Of a DNA stretch of 35,529 nt, positions 18,897 through 27,913 are shown in pieces. The DNA is from a virus (lineage: Duplodnaviria > Caudoviricetes): the IMG/VR virus record IMGVR_UViG_3300011339_000471, positions 1-35,529 of that record. One strand, written 5' to 3'. The notes under the pieces were generated by a model that saw nothing but the letters and a program-made list of their open reading frames with translations, ran no database searches and was not told where the DNA came from. Positions within the stretch are counted from its first letter, which is position 1; every line of letters starts with the position of its first letter. The position numbers were made by a program, and so were the translations under genes.

Positions 18897-19262
18897 ATGC
18901 CAGCAACCGTCATCACATCATCCGTAGCGTCCGGCGTTGAGTTCGGACTCCTTCAAGAAACTGGGCTTTTGCTCAACTCATTCTCTCGATCCGTTCAGAG
19001 CGATAAAGCAACTGTAATGGACGCGCTCGGCGATACCGTTGCCGTGGCTTACTTCAACAAGACTGCCACGATCTCGCTCGACGGTGTTGTAAATGGTGGA
19101 GTCGCATACGAACTCGCCAACATCCTCACCCTCGCCAACGATACGACATCCTATGGCGTTTCCGGTGGTGCAGTTATCGTCGATTCCGTTTCCGAAAAGA
19201 CAGGCGCCGGCACGTTCAAAACGATCACCGTTTCCGCTACTCAATACCCCGAGATCGTCTAA
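18897..19262 (+). CDS. Major tail (tube) protein
   Basis: Small beta-rich Thr/Ser/Val protein followed by a terminator-like hairpin, chaperone genes and tape measure. Confidence 0.65.
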   Translation: MPATVITSSVASGVEFGLLQETGLLLNSFSRSVQSDKATVMDALGDTVAVAYFNKTATISLDGVVNGGVAYELANILTLANDTTSYGVSGGAVIVDSVSEKTGAGTFKTITVSATQYPEIV

Positions 19263-19281
19263 GCAACTGGCTCATGCCGTT

Positions 19282-19313
19282 GGCTCCCCGGCTAAAGGGA
19301 GCCGCCTTTTTTT
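19282..19313 (+). terminator. Probable intrinsic terminator after tail tube gene
   Basis: GGCTCCC-cggctaaa-GGGAGCC stem followed by gcc and a T7 tract. Confidence 0.65.
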
Positions 19314-19319
19314 AAATAT

Positions 19320-19718
19320 ATGGACGCAAACAAGAAATTCTTTCACACGATCAACTTAAAAGCCGCCGTCGCACTCGCGACAATGGGCTTCAAAATGAAC
19401 TTCCCACCGGTCACTCGACTGGTTCGCACCGACGGCAAGGAGTCCACGGAGTTCTGGTTTGAGGGAGAGAACGACAAGGGCCAAGACGCTTCACAAGTCT
19501 ATCGCCAGATGACCAAAGAAGGCGACGAACTCGAAGCCAAAGAGCCAGAGAACCCGCTCTGTTACATCCGCGCCGCATTAGCCAACCGCGACGTCTTGGT
19601 GGACATCATCCGCAATACTCCGCGCTTGATCGAGATCGAGCACAACGGCAAACGCATTGCCATCAGCGAGCACGCTTCGGACAAGACGAAGCAAGAAATG
19701 ACCAGATTTTTGAAATAA
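19320..19718 (+). CDS. Hypothetical protein (tail region)
   Basis: 132-aa ORF; stop overlaps the next start. Confidence 0.7.
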   Translation: MDANKKFFHTINLKAAVALATMGFKMNFPPVTRLVRTDGKESTEFWFEGENDKGQDASQVYRQMTKEGDELEAKEPENPLCYIRAALANRDVLVDIIRNTPRLIEIEHNGKRIAISEHASDKTKQEMTRFLK

Positions 19719-20119
19719 TGAAAAAGACACAAAACACAGACCTAGTAAAAGACGACGAAATTCTTCGCATTCAAGCAATGGAGGATGGGCCGAAGAAGGT
19801 GAACGGACGCATCCTGCGACCCATCACGGCGCTTACAATTAGTTGGATGCAACGCAATGAGGTATTTTCTGGCGATATGGATCCAGTTTGGAAGGCGGCA
19901 GCATTTACTTTCCTTCACTCCGAACCAATGAGCACGATCCGTGGGGCCGTCAATGACCGCGACACGTTCATCAACGCCGTCGATTCTTGGATCGAGAAGA
20001 ACATGAGGCATCATCATGAGACTGGCGCAATGTCGGAAGCGATGGGTGCGGCATTTGATCTTTACAATTCCGCTTCTCCAGCATCGGAAGCCGGTGAAGG
20101 CTCAGGAAGCCCAAACTAA
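19718..20119 (+). CDS. Tail assembly chaperone (gpG-like)
   Basis: Between tube and tape measure genes; ends in slippery heptamer C CCA AAC directly before its stop. Confidence 0.75.
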   Translation: MKKTQNTDLVKDDEILRIQAMEDGPKKVNGRILRPITALTISWMQRNEVFSGDMDPVWKAAAFTFLHSEPMSTIRGAVNDRDTFINAVDSWIEKNMRHHHETGAMSEAMGAAFDLYNSASPASEAGEGSGSPN

Positions 20120-20367
20120 ACAGCCCCAACTGGCTTGCTATCTACGCCTACCGGCTAGTCAAGATAACGGGTTGGGGCTTTCGAGAGATCATGGAAGAAC
20201 TGCCATTCGCGGCAGGGCTTCAACTCCTGCACGCTGACGACTACGCCAACGGCAGGCATTCAGCCTGGGCTAACAACAACTCCCGAGTTGATGTTGACGC
20301 TCTCGCCACGATAGAGCAAACGCTCGCAAAACATGGCAAAATTCAAATTCGAGAGTCTGAAATTTGA
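20110..20367 (+). CDS. gpT-like extension reached by -1 frameshift (gpGT about 216 aa)
   Basis: The -1 frame reads LNSPNWLAIYAYRLVKITGWGFREIMEELPFAAGLQLLHADD...RESEI* with no start codon near its 5' end; not in the ORF track. Confidence 0.75.
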   Translation, partial: PKLNSPNWLAIYAYRLVKITGWGFREIMEELPFAAGLQLLHADDYANGRHSAWANNNSRVDVDALATIEQTLAKHGKIQIRESEI

Positions 20368-21187
20368 GCAGATAATGAAGGACTACGCGACCATTCGCGA
20401 GGTCACGATCCCTGACGCCGTTATGCTCAACGCTCGCCTTCTTTGCGTGGAGTTGGCTAGGCGAACGCAGCCGTTTGGCATAGACGATAAAGCGAAACTA
20501 ACGGGCGAAAAGGCGATCACTCGCGATCTTGTTGGGGGTAGATCATCAAGCGCCGTGCATTCGACTCGGCGTATTGGTATCTTTGGCATCATCGGCGACG
20601 CAATGAATATCGCAGGTGGCTATGCTTGGTATAAAACAGGCGAGAACGTCCGCTTATTTATCGGGAAAGACGGATACGCCTACGGAACAGAGAAGAGCTA
20701 TTTTCGGCCAGATGCGTCGCAGTCTGATATGCGATCCTTCCACAAAAAGTTTTTTGTGAATGGCAAAATGTCATCAGCAGGATCACGGGATCGGACTATC
20801 GGACGCTGGAAGTTTTTGGATAAAATGTTTGTTAGCGAAGCTACGATGAACTCTTACAAAGAATCTGTCTTGAAAAAGGTAGGTATCGCCAAGGCAGGAT
20901 GGGCATCGTGCGCACTCAAGCTCAAAAAAGTTAACAAGGGAAGCCTAACCGCAGGCTTCCCGAAATGGGTCACAAGACATACCGGCGACTTCGACAACGG
21001 GCGAGTGCAGGACATGACATCGGACTTAAAAAATCCAAGGGTTGAACTAATAAACAAGACGCCTTGGGCAAGTAATGTTATTCCAGAATCTGAAAAGGAA
21101 TTTGCCAAGGCCGTCATCGTTGCAAAGATGAAAAAGCAAATGGAAGCAATATTAAAAAAGAGACAAAAAGGGCTTATAGAAACATAA
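20333..21187 (+). CDS. Basic virion morphogenesis protein (HK97 gp10/neck-like)
   Basis: Lys/Arg-rich, ARRTQP and GIAKAGW motifs; tail region. Confidence 0.55.
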   Translation: MAKFKFESLKFEQIMKDYATIREVTIPDAVMLNARLLCVELARRTQPFGIDDKAKLTGEKAITRDLVGGRSSSAVHSTRRIGIFGIIGDAMNIAGGYAWYKTGENVRLFIGKDGYAYGTEKSYFRPDASQSDMRSFHKKFFVNGKMSSAGSRDRTIGRWKFLDKMFVSEATMNSYKESVLKKVGIAKAGWASCALKLKKVNKGSLTAGFPKWVTRHTGDFDNGRVQDMTSDLKNPRVELINKTPWASNVIPESEKEFAKAVIVAKMKKQMEAILKKRQKGLIET

Positions 21188-21191
21188 TATC

Positions 21192-23582
21192 ATGGCAGAC
21201 GTATCAGTAACATTTGGGGCAACCGATGAGGGACTTGAGAAAACACTCAAGACCGTCAGAACGGAACTAAACACCCTGGAAGCCAAGGTAAAGGCGGGCG
21301 GTATGTCCATGACCGAACTTGAAAGCACGATGAAGCGCATCGGTCAAGTCAAGTCGATGGAAAAAAATATCAAGGCCATCGGAGATCAGTCGAAAGACAC
21401 AACCGACAAGGTCAAGACTCTCGGCAAAACGAGCGAAGAAGCTGGAGAAAAGGCAAAGCTCGGCTTCGGGAAAATAGCCGTAGGGGCAACACTCGCCGGA
21501 GCCGCAGCGAAGCTCGGATCAATGGCAATCGAGGGCGCATTTGCCGTTGCACAAAAGACCGTGCAGAGTTTTGGGGCCGCGCTTGATATGGGCGGCAGGC
21601 TGAATGACCTAGCCGACCGCACGGGGCTTGCAGTTGATCGCGTTCTTCTTTTGGAGCGAGCATTTCAAAACGCTGGCGTCGGCGCCGATTCTCTTGGCCC
21701 GATTATAAACAAAATGCAAAAGGCACTTGTGGACGCCGAAGATGGCACAAGCAAAGCCGCATACGCATTCGTTGATCTGGGTCTTTCGCTTTCTCAACTC
21801 AGGAACCTATCACCAGAAGAACAACTTCGCACGATAGGAAAGGCTATTGCCGCAATTCCAGATCCAGCACAGCGGGCCTCGACAGCGATGGAGATTTTTG
21901 GCAAGTCGGGCGGTGCGCTCAACCAGGTATTCGCCAATTTCGACGACGAGGTTGAGACTGCGAAGCGGCAACTCGGATCGTTGCCGGATATAATGAAGGC
22001 GGGATCGTCGCAGTTTGACCGCATCAGCGACAACCTTGTTGTCGTAGGTGGCAAGTTCATCGAGTTCGCAGCGGGCTTGATCGACAAAGTAAAGCCCGCA
22101 CTCGACGCCGTAACCACGGCCATCTCGATGATCGACGCCGCTGGCATAGGTCAAGAGATCGGAGAGTTCTTCGTAGGCGCCGGTGAAGGAATGAAGATGT
22201 TTCAAAAAGCCGTTGACGAGTTTAAGGTTGGCAACTTCTCCGAAGGCTTCAAAGCGGCATTTGAGGCGATCAAAATGCAAGCTATGGAGACGGGTAACTC
22301 TATTTACACAAAGCTAGTTGCGGCTTTTAAAACCGCAGCGGATGCTATTTCTTCTTTATTTGCAAAAGATAGCGCAGTCATGATGGTTCTGTCATCTGCT
22401 GGAACAGCGGTTGGTGGAATAATTCAAAAAACTATTTTTGATTCCCTTGCGCAAATTGCAGACCAATTTCCTATTTTTGGAGATAAGTTTAAAAAGGCAA
22501 TGGAGCTTAAATCTGGTGGGGCGGCATTAGCTGTTGATAATGCTTTTCTAAGGATAGGGGCATCAGGGGAGCTTGTCGCAGACCAAATAGGCGAAACATT
22601 TGGAAATATCCCAGATAAGTTTGAGAAAAATATGGCTGGAATAAAGCCGCTTTTCGATACTACCGTAAAAGAACAAGATCGCATAATTGATAAAAACAAG
22701 GAGATCGAGAAGAGCGGGGATGCGGCATTTAAGCACCGGCCATTCAACTTCGTTGAAATATCGAAGGCACAGCAGGCCGAAATGGACAAGACCGCAAATG
22801 CTAAAGCCGAAGAGGAGCGAGCCGCAAATGCTGAAAAGGCACGGCAAGAAAAACTAAAAGAATCCGCCGCGCTCAAGCGTGATGAAGTCGCCCTCCAGCT
22901 TAAAATAAACGATGCGATTGCATCTGGTAATACTAAAGAAGAGGATCGGCTAAAAGCTGAAGCAGCTTTAAACAAAAGCATCCAAGACATGATCAAAAGC
23001 GGGATGGGTGAGGAAGAGGCTACAAGACTAGCAAACGAGCTTGAGCGAGCATCAAGGGCTGCCGACAGGACGAAAAATTCCCTCGCCACAAAGATTGGCG
23101 AGGACATTAAAAAACGCCAAGAATCCGAAGCCGTTGACCCAGGCGGAAAATTGATGAGGAAGGCGCAAGAGCAAATTGCAAAAGGCCGTTACACATCTGC
23201 GGAAACTACGATGCGCCAGATTAAAGACCGCGAAGCTGATGTAAATATAAGAGGCACAGGCAAGGGCCGCGACACTCGCGCTCTCGAGGATATTGGGCGG
23301 CAGGATTATGGCATAAGGAGAGATTTCGGAGAGTCTCAATCCGACTTTCGCGAGCGCATCCGACTTGCCCGCGAGGAGGGGAAATACGGGAAAGAGGCAA
23401 ACGAAAACATAAAGAAGAGCCTAGCCTCCACCCAAAAGAGAATGGGCGAGGGGATGAAAAAAGACGCCGAAAAGAAGGCAGAGGAAAAGAAAACTCCGAT
23501 GACTCTCGAAAGCATGGTGAAAGCAATTCAAACCGCTGTTGAAAAACTTGAAACAAAACTACCACAGCCGGTAATGGCTTAA
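21192..23582 (+). CDS. Tape measure protein
   Basis: 796 aa, Ala/Lys/Glu-rich helical; LNDLADRTGL and AMEIFGKSG motifs; follows the chaperones. Confidence 0.9.
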   Translation: MADVSVTFGATDEGLEKTLKTVRTELNTLEAKVKAGGMSMTELESTMKRIGQVKSMEKNIKAIGDQSKDTTDKVKTLGKTSEEAGEKAKLGFGKIAVGATLAGAAAKLGSMAIEGAFAVAQKTVQSFGAALDMGGRLNDLADRTGLAVDRVLLLERAFQNAGVGADSLGPIINKMQKALVDAEDGTSKAAYAFVDLGLSLSQLRNLSPEEQLRTIGKAIAAIPDPAQRASTAMEIFGKSGGALNQVFANFDDEVETAKRQLGSLPDIMKAGSSQFDRISDNLVVVGGKFIEFAAGLIDKVKPALDAVTTAISMIDAAGIGQEIGEFFVGAGEGMKMFQKAVDEFKVGNFSEGFKAAFEAIKMQAMETGNSIYTKLVAAFKTAADAISSLFAKDSAVMMVLSSAGTAVGGIIQKTIFDSLAQIADQFPIFGDKFKKAMELKSGGAALAVDNAFLRIGASGELVADQIGETFGNIPDKFEKNMAGIKPLFDTTVKEQDRIIDKNKEIEKSGDAAFKHRPFNFVEISKAQQAEMDKTANAKAEEERAANAEKARQEKLKESAALKRDEVALQLKINDAIASGNTKEEDRLKAEAALNKSIQDMIKSGMGEEEATRLANELERASRAADRTKNSLATKIGEDIKKRQESEAVDPGGKLMRKAQEQIAKGRYTSAETTMRQIKDREADVNIRGTGKGRDTRALEDIGRQDYGIRRDFGESQSDFRERIRLAREEGKYGKEANENIKKSLASTQKRMGEGMKKDAEKKAEEKKTPMTLESMVKAIQTAVEKLETKLPQPVMA

Positions 23583-23586
23583 AGAT

Positions 23587-24321
23587 ATGGCACATATTTA
23601 TCACGGGTCGGATGACCTAATTTTAGTTGACGTTCAAAGACAGGACTTCCCATCCAACCTTTCACGTATTGATGCGACATACAAGTGTCGCACAACGAGA
23701 GCCGATGCGCTCGCGCCGTTGCTCGCCGCTGGCAACCGCCTGCCAGAATATCCGGCTTATATCATTCGACAAAACCCGACGCGCGAAACGGGTCAAGACG
23801 GATTCACAACATTCACGTCATCTTCATTTTCTTCCACGGGAACTGGAATTTCGGTTGGAACTCCTGCTGTTTTTGGCGCCATAATTACGCAGGTCAATGT
23901 GCCTTTTTCTGTTTTATATTTGAGCGGATCCACTACAGGCAGCTCTCAGGGGCTGCCTTTCACAGTCCTGTCGGACACCATCACGCGCACATTTACCCTC
24001 GCGGCTAACGTGTCGGTAACGACGCTCGCTCTCCCCGCCGAAACTTTGAACTACAAAATAGTCAGTTCAACGGAGGCTTTGGACAACATTCTAGGAAGTG
24101 GAACATATTCGCAAAAAATATACAACACCACTACACGATCCTTTATTTTAGTTCCCTTTGACCGGAATAACATTTTTACAAAAGTCGCAATAATAAATGT
24201 AAATAGATCAACTTACGGCGGTGTTGATGAGGTGCAATGCACATGGGGATATGATTTCGCTAATTGCGGATTGAACTTGGTGCAAACTGCCGGTTCTCCC
24301 AACCCCTACATCACCGCATGA
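23587..24321 (+). CDS. Putative distal tail/baseplate protein
   Basis: Directly after the tape measure gene; beta-rich. Confidence 0.55.
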   Translation: MAHIYHGSDDLILVDVQRQDFPSNLSRIDATYKCRTTRADALAPLLAAGNRLPEYPAYIIRQNPTRETGQDGFTTFTSSSFSSTGTGISVGTPAVFGAIITQVNVPFSVLYLSGSTTGSSQGLPFTVLSDTITRTFTLAANVSVTTLALPAETLNYKIVSSTEALDNILGSGTYSQKIYNTTTRSFILVPFDRNNIFTKVAIINVNRSTYGGVDEVQCTWGYDFANCGLNLVQTAGSPNPYITA

Positions 24322-24569
24322 ACGACTTCCCAGTTGATTTTCAGACCGTAGCAAAGGGGGGGCAACAATTAAAGCCGATCTCGTCATCTGATCTTATGCG
24401 AAATTTCGCTTGGGCAAAATTGCAAGCCGATCCGACGCTTGTTGAGGAGGTCGCTTCGATGGGATTCACCGGCTTCAAGCTCAAGATTCCACCAGTCCCA
24501 GGCGGCGGCACATACGTCCTCGGCGCGGTGGATGGCGCGCTCACTTGGCTCTCCACCGAAGAATGCTAA
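24318..24569 (+). CDS. Small tail-region protein
   Basis: ATG at 24318 overlaps the upstream stop; MNDFPVDF...WLSTEEC. Confidence 0.65.
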   Translation: MNDFPVDFQTVAKGGQQLKPISSSDLMRNFAWAKLQADPTLVEEVASMGFTGFKLKIPPVPGGGTYVLGAVDGALTWLSTEEC

Positions 24570-24570
24570 A

Positions 24571-24930
24571 ATGACTCTAGGCCGCACACCAGAAGGCGTG
24601 ATCAAGATCAAGACCGACGAAGAAGGTGGCGGCCTTCGCGCGGTGAATTGCGCGTGTTGTGTGACATGCGAATTGACTTGCTCATGCAGTCCTTTTTGTG
24701 GGTTTACTCAAATTCAAGTGCAGGGCGGAGAGATTTTAGATGGTTGCAATGATGGTTCTTTTTTTTGCGATTTATTTTCATGGAGCAAAGTCGGATATGG
24801 CTCCGTAGATTTAGATACCAGTAACATGATTGCATCTTGCAACATTACTGGTTTCGGGTTTGGCCTTTTATTGGGAACGACATCACCTTATGGAACCTAC
24901 TCAAACGGAGTTACAATCATTCCGGTCTAA
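24571..24930 (+). CDS. Cys-rich tail-region protein
   Basis: ATG 2 nt after the previous stop; NCACCVTCELTCSCSPFC. Confidence 0.6.
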   Translation: MTLGRTPEGVIKIKTDEEGGGLRAVNCACCVTCELTCSCSPFCGFTQIQVQGGEILDGCNDGSFFCDLFSWSKVGYGSVDLDTSNMIASCNITGFGFGLLLGTTSPYGTYSNGVTIIPV

Positions 24931-25186
24931 ATTAAATCCAGAAATGTTTGAAAGATTGCTCAAATCTTTGAAGCGTTTTGCAGAAGCCGGAATGCCAAGT
25001 GTATCACCCGAAGCACTAGCCACCCGCGAAGCGACGTGCCGCTCATGTCTCGAATGGGACGCCGCCGCGCTGAACAACACGGGCCGCTGTCGCAAATGCG
25101 GGTGCAGCACTTGGGCAAAACTAAGAATGGCAACCGAAAGATGCCCGATAGGCAAATGGGAAGCTGTTGACAAAACACCCGAATAA
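24890..25186 (+). CDS. Cys-rich small protein (CxxC...CxxCGC...CPxGKW)
   Basis: REATCRSC...RCRKCGC...RCPIGKW motif; start uncertain (24890 or 24944). Confidence 0.7.
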   Translation: MEPTQTELQSFRSKLNPEMFERLLKSLKRFAEAGMPSVSPEALATREATCRSCLEWDAAALNNTGRCRKCGCSTWAKLRMATERCPIGKWEAVDKTPE

Positions 25187-26491
25187 ATGGCACGCGACCT
25201 TTATATCGATATGACTAACCGCAGGCTGGCGACGAGCTTGACCAACCTTACGCCCTCAGCCGCTCCGCGCTTCATAAAAGGCGACAATGGCGCTATCAAC
25301 CTTTATTTTCTTGAAGCCACGGGCAACGTATCCGCACCTTTCAATGTTGTCGATATGACCGGAACTACGGTCAAATTTGGCGTAGGAACAAGGACGGGAA
25401 CGCCTGCCAGCGGAACTTTCACGCTCTCCTTCGGTGGCGAAACGAGCGGAGCAATAGGGTTCAGCGCAACCGCCGGCGCGATATCGTCCGCGCTCAACTC
25501 ACTCTCAGCAATTACGAGCATCGGTAAAGTGTCCGTTGACGGCACGATGGCAACGAACTTTGTCATTTCGTTTAACTCCGCAGGCACTCGTAGCGCGATC
25601 ACCGCGAACGTCTCGCATCTCATTCCGACCACATCGGCACTCATTGACGAGCGCATCGTCGGAGACGCCACGACAAACGAAATTCAAGAGTTGCAGTTGC
25701 GTCTTGCGCCTGCCGTTTATCAGCCAACTTGGACTGATCTAGGCACGGCCTTAACCGTTAGCGTCGCCACGACATTAACCGGATCGACACTCCAAAACGA
25801 AGTGCAGCGCATCTCATTTTCGCGTCCTCCCTACCAAGGCAGTTATCGCGTAACCGTGCCGACATACAACGTGGACATCGCCTCGACCGTCACGGATGGC
25901 GTATTTATTACGTCAAGCAACCACGGACTGACGCTCGCTCAGCCAGTTGTATTAACGGGCTTCACGGCGTTGACCGGCTACACGGCAGGCATCCAGTATT
26001 TCGTTCGATCAATTCCGCAAACGACCGAGTTTTTGCTCGGCGTAACAGCGGGAGCAACCGCGATCACAACCGGCACAGGCACGGTAACAACGGGAAGCGT
26101 CGCAACAACCGTCCTACGTCAGACCGACCCTCTCGACGCGAGCACAACAGCATCGGGACTACAATCAGCCTTGCAGGCGCTCGACTCTATCGGCCTCGGC
26201 AATGCGACCGTGAGCGGCATCCAAGGCAGTTACTACGACGTGACGTTCGGAGGCAGCAAAAGCTTTGCTGACCTTCCTACACTTCAGACGCAAAGCGGCT
26301 TGAGCGCGGCGGCGGGTAAGACGGCATCGGTCAACTTCTCGACCTTTGGCGTGCGCGACTATTTGCTAAATGCAACGAATGCGACCGCCGATCTGGAGAT
26401 CGAACTCACCGAAAGCGGAGAGCGCAACACGATAATTCTTCAGCAATGCACACTCACCGAGGAACTCATAACGCAAGCCAGCTTGACATAA
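25187..26491 (+). CDS. Virion structural protein (tail tip/fibre anchor)
   Basis: Thr/Ser-rich, NEIQEL and NEVQRI repeats, last gene before the lysis cassette. Confidence 0.65.
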   Translation: MARDLYIDMTNRRLATSLTNLTPSAAPRFIKGDNGAINLYFLEATGNVSAPFNVVDMTGTTVKFGVGTRTGTPASGTFTLSFGGETSGAIGFSATAGAISSALNSLSAITSIGKVSVDGTMATNFVISFNSAGTRSAITANVSHLIPTTSALIDERIVGDATTNEIQELQLRLAPAVYQPTWTDLGTALTVSVATTLTGSTLQNEVQRISFSRPPYQGSYRVTVPTYNVDIASTVTDGVFITSSNHGLTLAQPVVLTGFTALTGYTAGIQYFVRSIPQTTEFLLGVTAGATAITTGTGTVTTGSVATTVLRQTDPLDASTTASGLQSALQALDSIGLGNATVSGIQGSYYDVTFGGSKSFADLPTLQTQSGLSAAAGKTASVNFSTFGVRDYLLNATNATADLEIELTESGERNTIILQQCTLTEELITQASLT

Positions 26492-26655
26492 TGGAGAGTC
26501 ACACTTTCCATTCTCTTGTCGGCACGTCCGCACCCGCCGCTGCCGTTTTGATCTCGTTCAGCGAGGTTGAAGCATGGCTCCGCATTCTTTCGCTTTTGAT
26601 GGGAATTTGCATTGGGGCAGTTTCGTTGTATAAAATGACCAAGTCTAAAAAATGA
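26491..26655 (+). CDS. Small membrane protein (holin/antiholin candidate)
   Basis: 54 aa from ATG 26491; hydrophobic helix WLRILSLLMGICIGAVSLY and a basic tail. Confidence 0.6.
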   Translation: MESHTFHSLVGTSAPAAAVLISFSEVEAWLRILSLLMGICIGAVSLYKMTKSKK

Positions 26656-26816
26656 AAACACTACTCGCAAAATTGAAGGAACCGTCAACCATCCGTGGAA
26701 TCGCTATCATCGGTGGCGTTGCCGGTTTGAGCTTAGAACCAGCAAAATGGGACGCTATCGGCGCGGCGGTAGCCGCCATCATTGGACTCATCGAAATCTT
26801 CCGAAAGGAAAAATGA
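26652..26816 (+). CDS. Holin candidate (54 aa)
   Basis: Translated by hand: MKTLLAKLKEPSTIRGIAIIGGVAGLSLEPAKWDAIGAAVAAIIGLIEIFRKEK; two hydrophobic segments; ATGA overlaps on both sides. Confidence 0.7.
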   Translation: MKTLLAKLKEPSTIRGIAIIGGVAGLSLEPAKWDAIGAAVAAIIGLIEIFRKEK

Positions 26817-26980
26817 GCGCCAAAACCATCGCGCTTTGGATGATCGTTCTTTCATTTGCTTTCTTGGGAATGGCGTTCCTGACTTCATGCGCTGGGTTCA
26901 ATAATCCGGCGGTATGCGTTAAAACGGATTACGGAACTTTTTGTTATGAGCTACCAGAAATACCATCGCTCAAAAAATGA
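26813..26980 (+). CDS. Lipoprotein, spanin candidate
   Basis: Signal peptide with lipobox LTS-C; adjacent to the endolysin. Confidence 0.6.
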   Translation: MSAKTIALWMIVLSFAFLGMAFLTSCAGFNNPAVCVKTDYGTFCYELPEIPSLKK

Positions 26981-27453
26981 CCTTTGACGACCGCAGCGAG
27001 ATCCAGCTTGCAACGCTCCACCCTGAGATGCAGAAGGCCATGCGAGCCTTCCTTGGCGTGGCAAAGACTATTGCCGCGAAGACCGGACATGACGTTAAAG
27101 TTATTAGCGGAACACGCAGCTACATGGAACAAGATGCGCTCTATGCTAAAGGCCGCACGATTCCAAATACCTCGATTGTAACACGGGCCAAAGCGGGATT
27201 TTCACTACATAATTTCGGCATATCAGCCGATATAGGAATCTTCAAAGGGAAAGAATATTGCGGCGAGCATCCGCTGTATAACGAACTCGGCACGCTCGGC
27301 AAAAGCCTCGGCCTTGAATGGGGCGGTGACTGGAAATTTGTTGACGAGCCGCACTATCAGCTCCGCCCGCATTGGGCGAAGGGAATGACAGAACGCGAAA
27401 TGCTCGCAATTTTACGCACTAGAGTATCTAAAAAAATAGACATCCTCGCTTGA
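26977..27453 (+). CDS. Endolysin, M15 family L-Ala-D-Glu peptidase
   Basis: SGTRSYMEQDALYAKGR, SLHNFGISAD and WGGDW..FVDEPHYQ zinc-peptidase motifs. Confidence 0.92.
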   Translation: MTFDDRSEIQLATLHPEMQKAMRAFLGVAKTIAAKTGHDVKVISGTRSYMEQDALYAKGRTIPNTSIVTRAKAGFSLHNFGISADIGIFKGKEYCGEHPLYNELGTLGKSLGLEWGGDWKFVDEPHYQLRPHWAKGMTEREMLAILRTRVSKKIDILA

Positions 27454-27692
27454 AAAAAAAGAGACAACCGACGGTTGAATCGGAGCGTGCGGAAGCACTC
27501 GCGGAAGCGAAGCGCATCCTGTCGGAGCATTACGACTGCGGCTTGACGATCGTTAGCTGGGAACAAGGCGGGGAGACGCATCACGGGGAGTTTGTCTTTG
27601 GCAACAAATACGCCGTCGAAGGACTAGCTGGCGATTCTTTCAGTATCTTATTTCCAGACTTGGAAGAAGAAGAGGAGGAGGACGAAGCATGA
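27450..27692 (+). CDS. Hypothetical protein with acidic tail
   Basis: Overlaps both neighbours by 4 nt. Confidence 0.65.
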   Translation: MKKKRQPTVESERAEALAEAKRILSEHYDCGLTIVSWEQGGETHHGEFVFGNKYAVEGLAGDSFSILFPDLEEEEEEDEA

Positions 27693-27913
27693 AAATGACA
27701 CTTGAATACGACGAAACAGAGCGATACGAGCACGAGGTGGCGTGTAAGGCGCTTGATATTCTCATTCTTGTTGATGATATAGACCAAGAGCTTCGATCCG
27801 CTCTCAAGCACGAATCCGGAGCATTTGCGAAAATGGACGAAGACACGATGGAAGCCGTCCGCGCTTGGATTTGGGAGCAACGTAGCGAGCGAAATATTCC
27901 AGAACTTAAATGA
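27689..27913 (+). CDS. Hypothetical protein
   Basis: ATGA-coupled ORF. Confidence 0.65.
   Translation: MKMTLEYDETERYEHEVACKALDILILVDDIDQELRSALKHESGAFAKMDEDTMEAVRAWIWEQRSERNIPELK

Noticed and set aside
20294-26491. TTGAC at 20294 and 26483 as members of the late motif
   Set aside because: Distances to the next start codon (39 and 8 nt) fall outside the 19-24 nt cluster.
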